DNA from: Fidelibacterota bacterium
GTDB taxonomy: Bacteria > Fidelibacterota > Marinisomatia > Marinisomatales > TCS55
Reading direction: 5' to 3'
Length of the DNA: 64,000 nucleotides
Assembly (NCBI GenBank): GCA_027251445.1
Contig: JAPNQO010000053.1
Span: 1 to 64,000 of the forward strand
Part shown: positions 60,938-64,000 of the stretch, piece after piece
Numbering within the stretch: position 1 is the first letter of the stretch
Layout of the letters: each line of letters opens with the position of its first letter
Position numbers and translations under genes: made by a program
The notes under the pieces: model-generated
Told to the model about the DNA's origin: nothing
The model's database searches: none
The model's input: only the letters and a program-made list of their open reading frames with translations

Positions 60938-62406
60938 TGAACTTTAAGACAATTTTAAATATTCTTAGTGCTTTATTAACCATTATGGGACTTAGTATGT
61001 TGTTTCCTGCTTTTATTTCGTGGTTATATAATGAACCTGATTTATTATCTTTTATTTATTCTTCTGGTATATCTGTCTCTCTTGGGTTGCCTATATGGTT
61101 TATTACAAGAAAAAGTCGCACCCTGCGTAATAGAGATGGTTTTGCCATCGTGACATTTTCATGGATTATAACAGCTTTAGCTGGGTCATTGCCATTCTAT
61201 CTTAGTGGAGTTATTCCAAATTTTACTGATGCTTGGTTTGAATCCATGTCCGGTGTAACGACAACGGGTGCTACAATTATTGGAAATTCAACGACCCTTC
61301 CTCATTTAGTAAATGGTATTGAAAGCATGCCTCATGGAATATTGTTTTGGAGATCTTTTTTGCAATGGATTGGTGGGATGGGTATTATTTTATTTACCAT
61401 TGCTATTTTACCTTTATTAGGGGTGGGAGGTGTTCAGCTTTTTAAAGCAGAAGTTCCAGGGCCAGTAGCAGACAAAATTAGGCCTAGAATCAATGAAACA
61501 GCGAAAATTTTATGGATGGTTTATGTTGGTTTTACATTACTTCAAATTTTGCTTTTAGGTTTAGCTGGAATGCCATGGTTTGATTCAGTTTGTCATGGAT
61601 TTACTACAATGCCAACAGGGGGATTTAGCACACAAAATGCTAGTATTGCTGCTTATTCTAATCCTGCGATTCATTATATTATCATTTTTTTCATGTTTGT
61701 AGCAGGTGTCAATTTTACTCTGCACTTTCGGGCTCTTACCGGCAACTTCAAAGCTCATGTAAAGGATTATGAATTTAGAGTTTATTTAACAATTATATTT
61801 ATTTCTACACTCATAATATTTTTCAATATATCATCAACAAATTCTGATTGGACTCACGATAGTTTTTTAAAATCACTATTTCAATCTTTAGCTATACTCA
61901 CAGGTACAGGTTATTCAAATGCAAATTATGAACTCTGGCCCTATTTAAGTCAGCATTTACTTTTAATTTTGATGTTTTTTGGAGCAATGGGGGGATCAAC
62001 TAGCGGTGGTATGAAGATAGCTAGAATTATTCTATTAATAAAATATGCTGTAACCGAAACCCGTAGAATGTTGCACGCACGTGCTGTTATACCTATTAAA
62101 ATTGGAAACAGGACTATAAGTGATGAAATTGTCAGGAATACTCTAGGTTTCTCTTTGATATATCTTTCAATTTTTGTTTTAACTGCCTTCGTTTTATCTT
62201 CGTTTAATTTAGACTTTCAATCTGCAGTTGGTGCAGCCGCTTCAGCAATTGGCAATATAGGACCTGCTTTTGGGTCATTTGGACCAACAGATAATTATGC
62301 ATTACTTCATCCTCTAGGTAAATGGATGCTAACGTTTTGTATGTTATTAGGAAGATTAGAAATTTTTACTGTTATGGTGATTTTTAGTAAAGTTTTTTGG
62401 AAATAA
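60937..62406 (+). CDS. trkH: Trk potassium uptake membrane subunit
   Basis: FESMSGVTTTGA, QWIGGMG, TGGFS, GSTSGGMK, GNIGP, GRLEIF. Confidence 0.95.
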   Translation: MNFKTILNILSALLTIMGLSMLFPAFISWLYNEPDLLSFIYSSGISVSLGLPIWFITRKSRTLRNRDGFAIVTFSWIITALAGSLPFYLSGVIPNFTDAWFESMSGVTTTGATIIGNSTTLPHLVNGIESMPHGILFWRSFLQWIGGMGIILFTIAILPLLGVGGVQLFKAEVPGPVADKIRPRINETAKILWMVYVGFTLLQILLLGLAGMPWFDSVCHGFTTMPTGGFSTQNASIAAYSNPAIHYIIIFFMFVAGVNFTLHFRALTGNFKAHVKDYEFRVYLTIIFISTLIIFFNISSTNSDWTHDSFLKSLFQSLAILTGTGYSNANYELWPYLSQHLLLILMFFGAMGGSTSGGMKIARIILLIKYAVTETRRMLHARAVIPIKIGNRTISDEIVRNTLGFSLIYLSIFVLTAFVLSSFNLDFQSAVGAAASAIGNIGPAFGSFGPTDNYALLHPLGKWMLTFCMLLGRLEIFTVMVIFSKVFWK

Positions 62407-62418
62407 TGGAGAATATTT

Positions 62419-63192
62419 ATGTCGTATATCAAGATTAATAATGATAATCTAGTATCTGAAATAATCATAGACCGTTCAGAAGCATTAAATGCAATGAATT
62501 CTGATATGCTGTCAGAGCTGACTAAAGCAATGGTAAAAGTAAAATCAGATGATAAAACTGGAGTGATTATCATTACTGGTGAGGGTGATAAAGCATTCAT
62601 CGCTGGAGCAGATATTAAAGCTATGCAACAAATGAATGCGAAAGAGGCATTTGAATATGGTAAAGCTGGTCAGCAATTAACTATGATGATTGAAACCTCT
62701 TCAAAACCAGTTATTGCTGCTGTAAATGGTTTCGCTTTAGGAGGTGGCTGTGAATTAGCGTTGGCTTGTCATATGCGAATTGTTTCTGAAAATGCAAGTT
62801 TTGGTCAACCAGAAGTTAAATTAGGACTTCTCCCTGGATGGGGAGGTACGCAAAGGTTGCCAAAAATTGTTGGGGTTGGAAAAGCAATTGAATTAATAAC
62901 TACTGGTAAAATAATTAATGCTGAAGAATCTTATAGAATTGGTTTGGCAAATAAAATATGTCCTCAAAATCAGTTAATGTCTGAATCAAGAAAATTAGCT
63001 TCAATTATTTTAAAAAATGGTCCAAAAGCCATTAGCTCCTCTCTTAGATGTATTCATGATGGATTAATATTAAGTGTAAAAGAAGGTATGGATATAGAAG
63101 TAGAAGAATTTGCTGAATTATTTCGTCATGATGAAAGAATGGAAGGATTAACAGCATTTATTGAAAAAAGAGAACCAGAATTTCGCCATTGA
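62419..63192 (+). CDS. Enoyl-CoA hydratase/crotonase
   Basis: AFIAGADI, AVNGFALGGGCELALAC, QPEVKLG..PGWGGTQRL. Confidence 0.93.
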   Translation: MSYIKINNDNLVSEIIIDRSEALNAMNSDMLSELTKAMVKVKSDDKTGVIIITGEGDKAFIAGADIKAMQQMNAKEAFEYGKAGQQLTMMIETSSKPVIAAVNGFALGGGCELALACHMRIVSENASFGQPEVKLGLLPGWGGTQRLPKIVGVGKAIELITTGKIINAEESYRIGLANKICPQNQLMSESRKLASIILKNGPKAISSSLRCIHDGLILSVKEGMDIEVEEFAELFRHDERMEGLTAFIEKREPEFRH

Positions 63193-63216
63193 TTCCAATA
63201 GTATAATTAGTTGTAA

Positions 63217-64000
63217 ATGAATTTAGATTATACAACATATCGAATTATTTGTTCTCATCCATTCGGGATTTCAAGAAGCACACATACATATTATGATATT
63301 GTATACATATACATATCAGATGGAGAGTATATAGGTAGAGGAGAAGCGGCTCCTTCTGTACGTTATGATGAGTCAACTAATCAAATAATAACTCATTTAA
63401 AATCTATCGATAATATTGATAATAATTTAAACTTAGAAGAAGGTGCTTTTTGGTGTAAAAAAAATTCAAATGGCATTAGTTCACTAGAGGCAGCATTGAG
63501 TACAGCGTGGTTAGACTTATGGACTAAAAAAAATAATAGACGTATTTCCACATATTTTAATTCAGGTAAAAATATGTTATATACTTCATTTACTATTGCA
63601 ATAGGCGATTTAGATTTAATTCCAAAGAAGATAGAAGAAGCTAAATCATATAATATTTTAAAAATAAAATTAGGCATTAATGAACAGCATGATAAAAATA
63701 TAATCAAATTAATACGGAAAGAAACAGATAAGATAATACGAGTAGATGCAAATGAAGGCTGGGATTTAGATACTGGGAAAAAAATGTGTAAATGGCTTGC
63801 AGATCATAACGTTGAATTTGTAGAACAACCGTTTAAGGCTCAAAACTTAGGAGATACAGCTAAATTAAGAGATGTATCTCCATTACCCTTAATCGCTGAT
63901 GAAAACAGCATAAAGTCATCAAATATTCCTGATATTGCTCATGCCTTCGATGGAATAAATATTAAATTGATGAAGTGTGGTTCTTTATTTGAGGCTAAAA
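63217..64000 (+). CDS. Dipeptide epimerase (L-Ala-D/L-Glu epimerase-like, enolase superfamily); 3'-truncated by the window edge, not in ORF track
   Basis: Hand translation: HPFGISR, GRGEAAP, LKIKLG, RVDANEGW, FVEQP, LIADE, GINIKLMKCG. Confidence 0.9.
   Translation, partial: MNLDYTTYRIICSHPFGISRSTHTYYDIVYIYISDGEYIGRGEAAPSVRYDESTNQIITHLKSIDNIDNNLNLEEGAFWCKKNSNGISSLEAALSTAWLDLWTKKNNRRISTYFNSGKNMLYTSFTIAIGDLDLIPKKIEEAKSYNILKIKLGINEQHDKNIIKLIRKETDKIIRVDANEGWDLDTGKKMCKWLADHNVEFVEQPFKAQNLGDTAKLRDVSPLPLIADENSIKSSNIPDIAHAFDGINIKLMKCGSLFEAK

Noticed and set aside
4378..62600. Many 60-100 aa antisense or alternate-frame ORFs in the track (e.g. 8827-9114, 9607-9906, 16549-16839, 47141-47389)
   Set aside because: They lie largely or wholly within well-supported genes and show no recognisable motifs.
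63278..63318. Short CATA/TACATA repeats
   Set aside because: Low-complexity Thr/Tyr/Ile codons within the epimerase gene; not a regular array.
63393..63707. 104-aa minus-strand ORF
   Set aside because: Antisense to the dipeptide epimerase, which the track missed because it runs off the window.

Overview
AT-rich, tightly packed bacterial chromosome segment. The gene content (secY-map-infA with no adk, UpxY-like NusG paralog, GWxTD protein, REC/ATP-grasp protein beside gdhA) points to an FCB-group organism, possibly Marinimicrobia-like; this is inference only. Bases 1-33,000 hold cysS and a continuous translation/transcription supercluster: tRNA Thr-Tyr-Gly-Thr, tuf, rpmG, tRNA-Trp, secE-nusG-rplKAJL-rpoBC, str, S10, spc and alpha genes, with two apparently identical tuf copies. 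Bases 33,000-51,500 are more accessory: GHL10 hydrolase, hutU-hutI, a polyprenol-kinase/DUF92 fusion, ppk2-sixA, SGNH and PQQ enzymes, a Mesh1-like hydrolase, several hypothetical proteins, tRNA-Met, a GWxTD protein, gdhA and a receiver/ATP-grasp dikinase-like protein. Bases 51,500-64,000 are housekeeping: pgk-tpiA-secG-tRNA-Leu, TPR, HAD, acpS, nnr, vanZ-like, murA, trkAH, a crotonase and a truncated dipeptide epimerase. I saw no CRISPR array, rRNA, integrase or transposase. The best leads are the gdhA-linked receiver/dikinase-like protein, an RNA polymerase alpha lacking the conserved R191 loop, a structured RNA leader ahead of the supercluster, the isoprenoid-alcohol kinase fusion, and an unannotated 30-aa membrane ORF.
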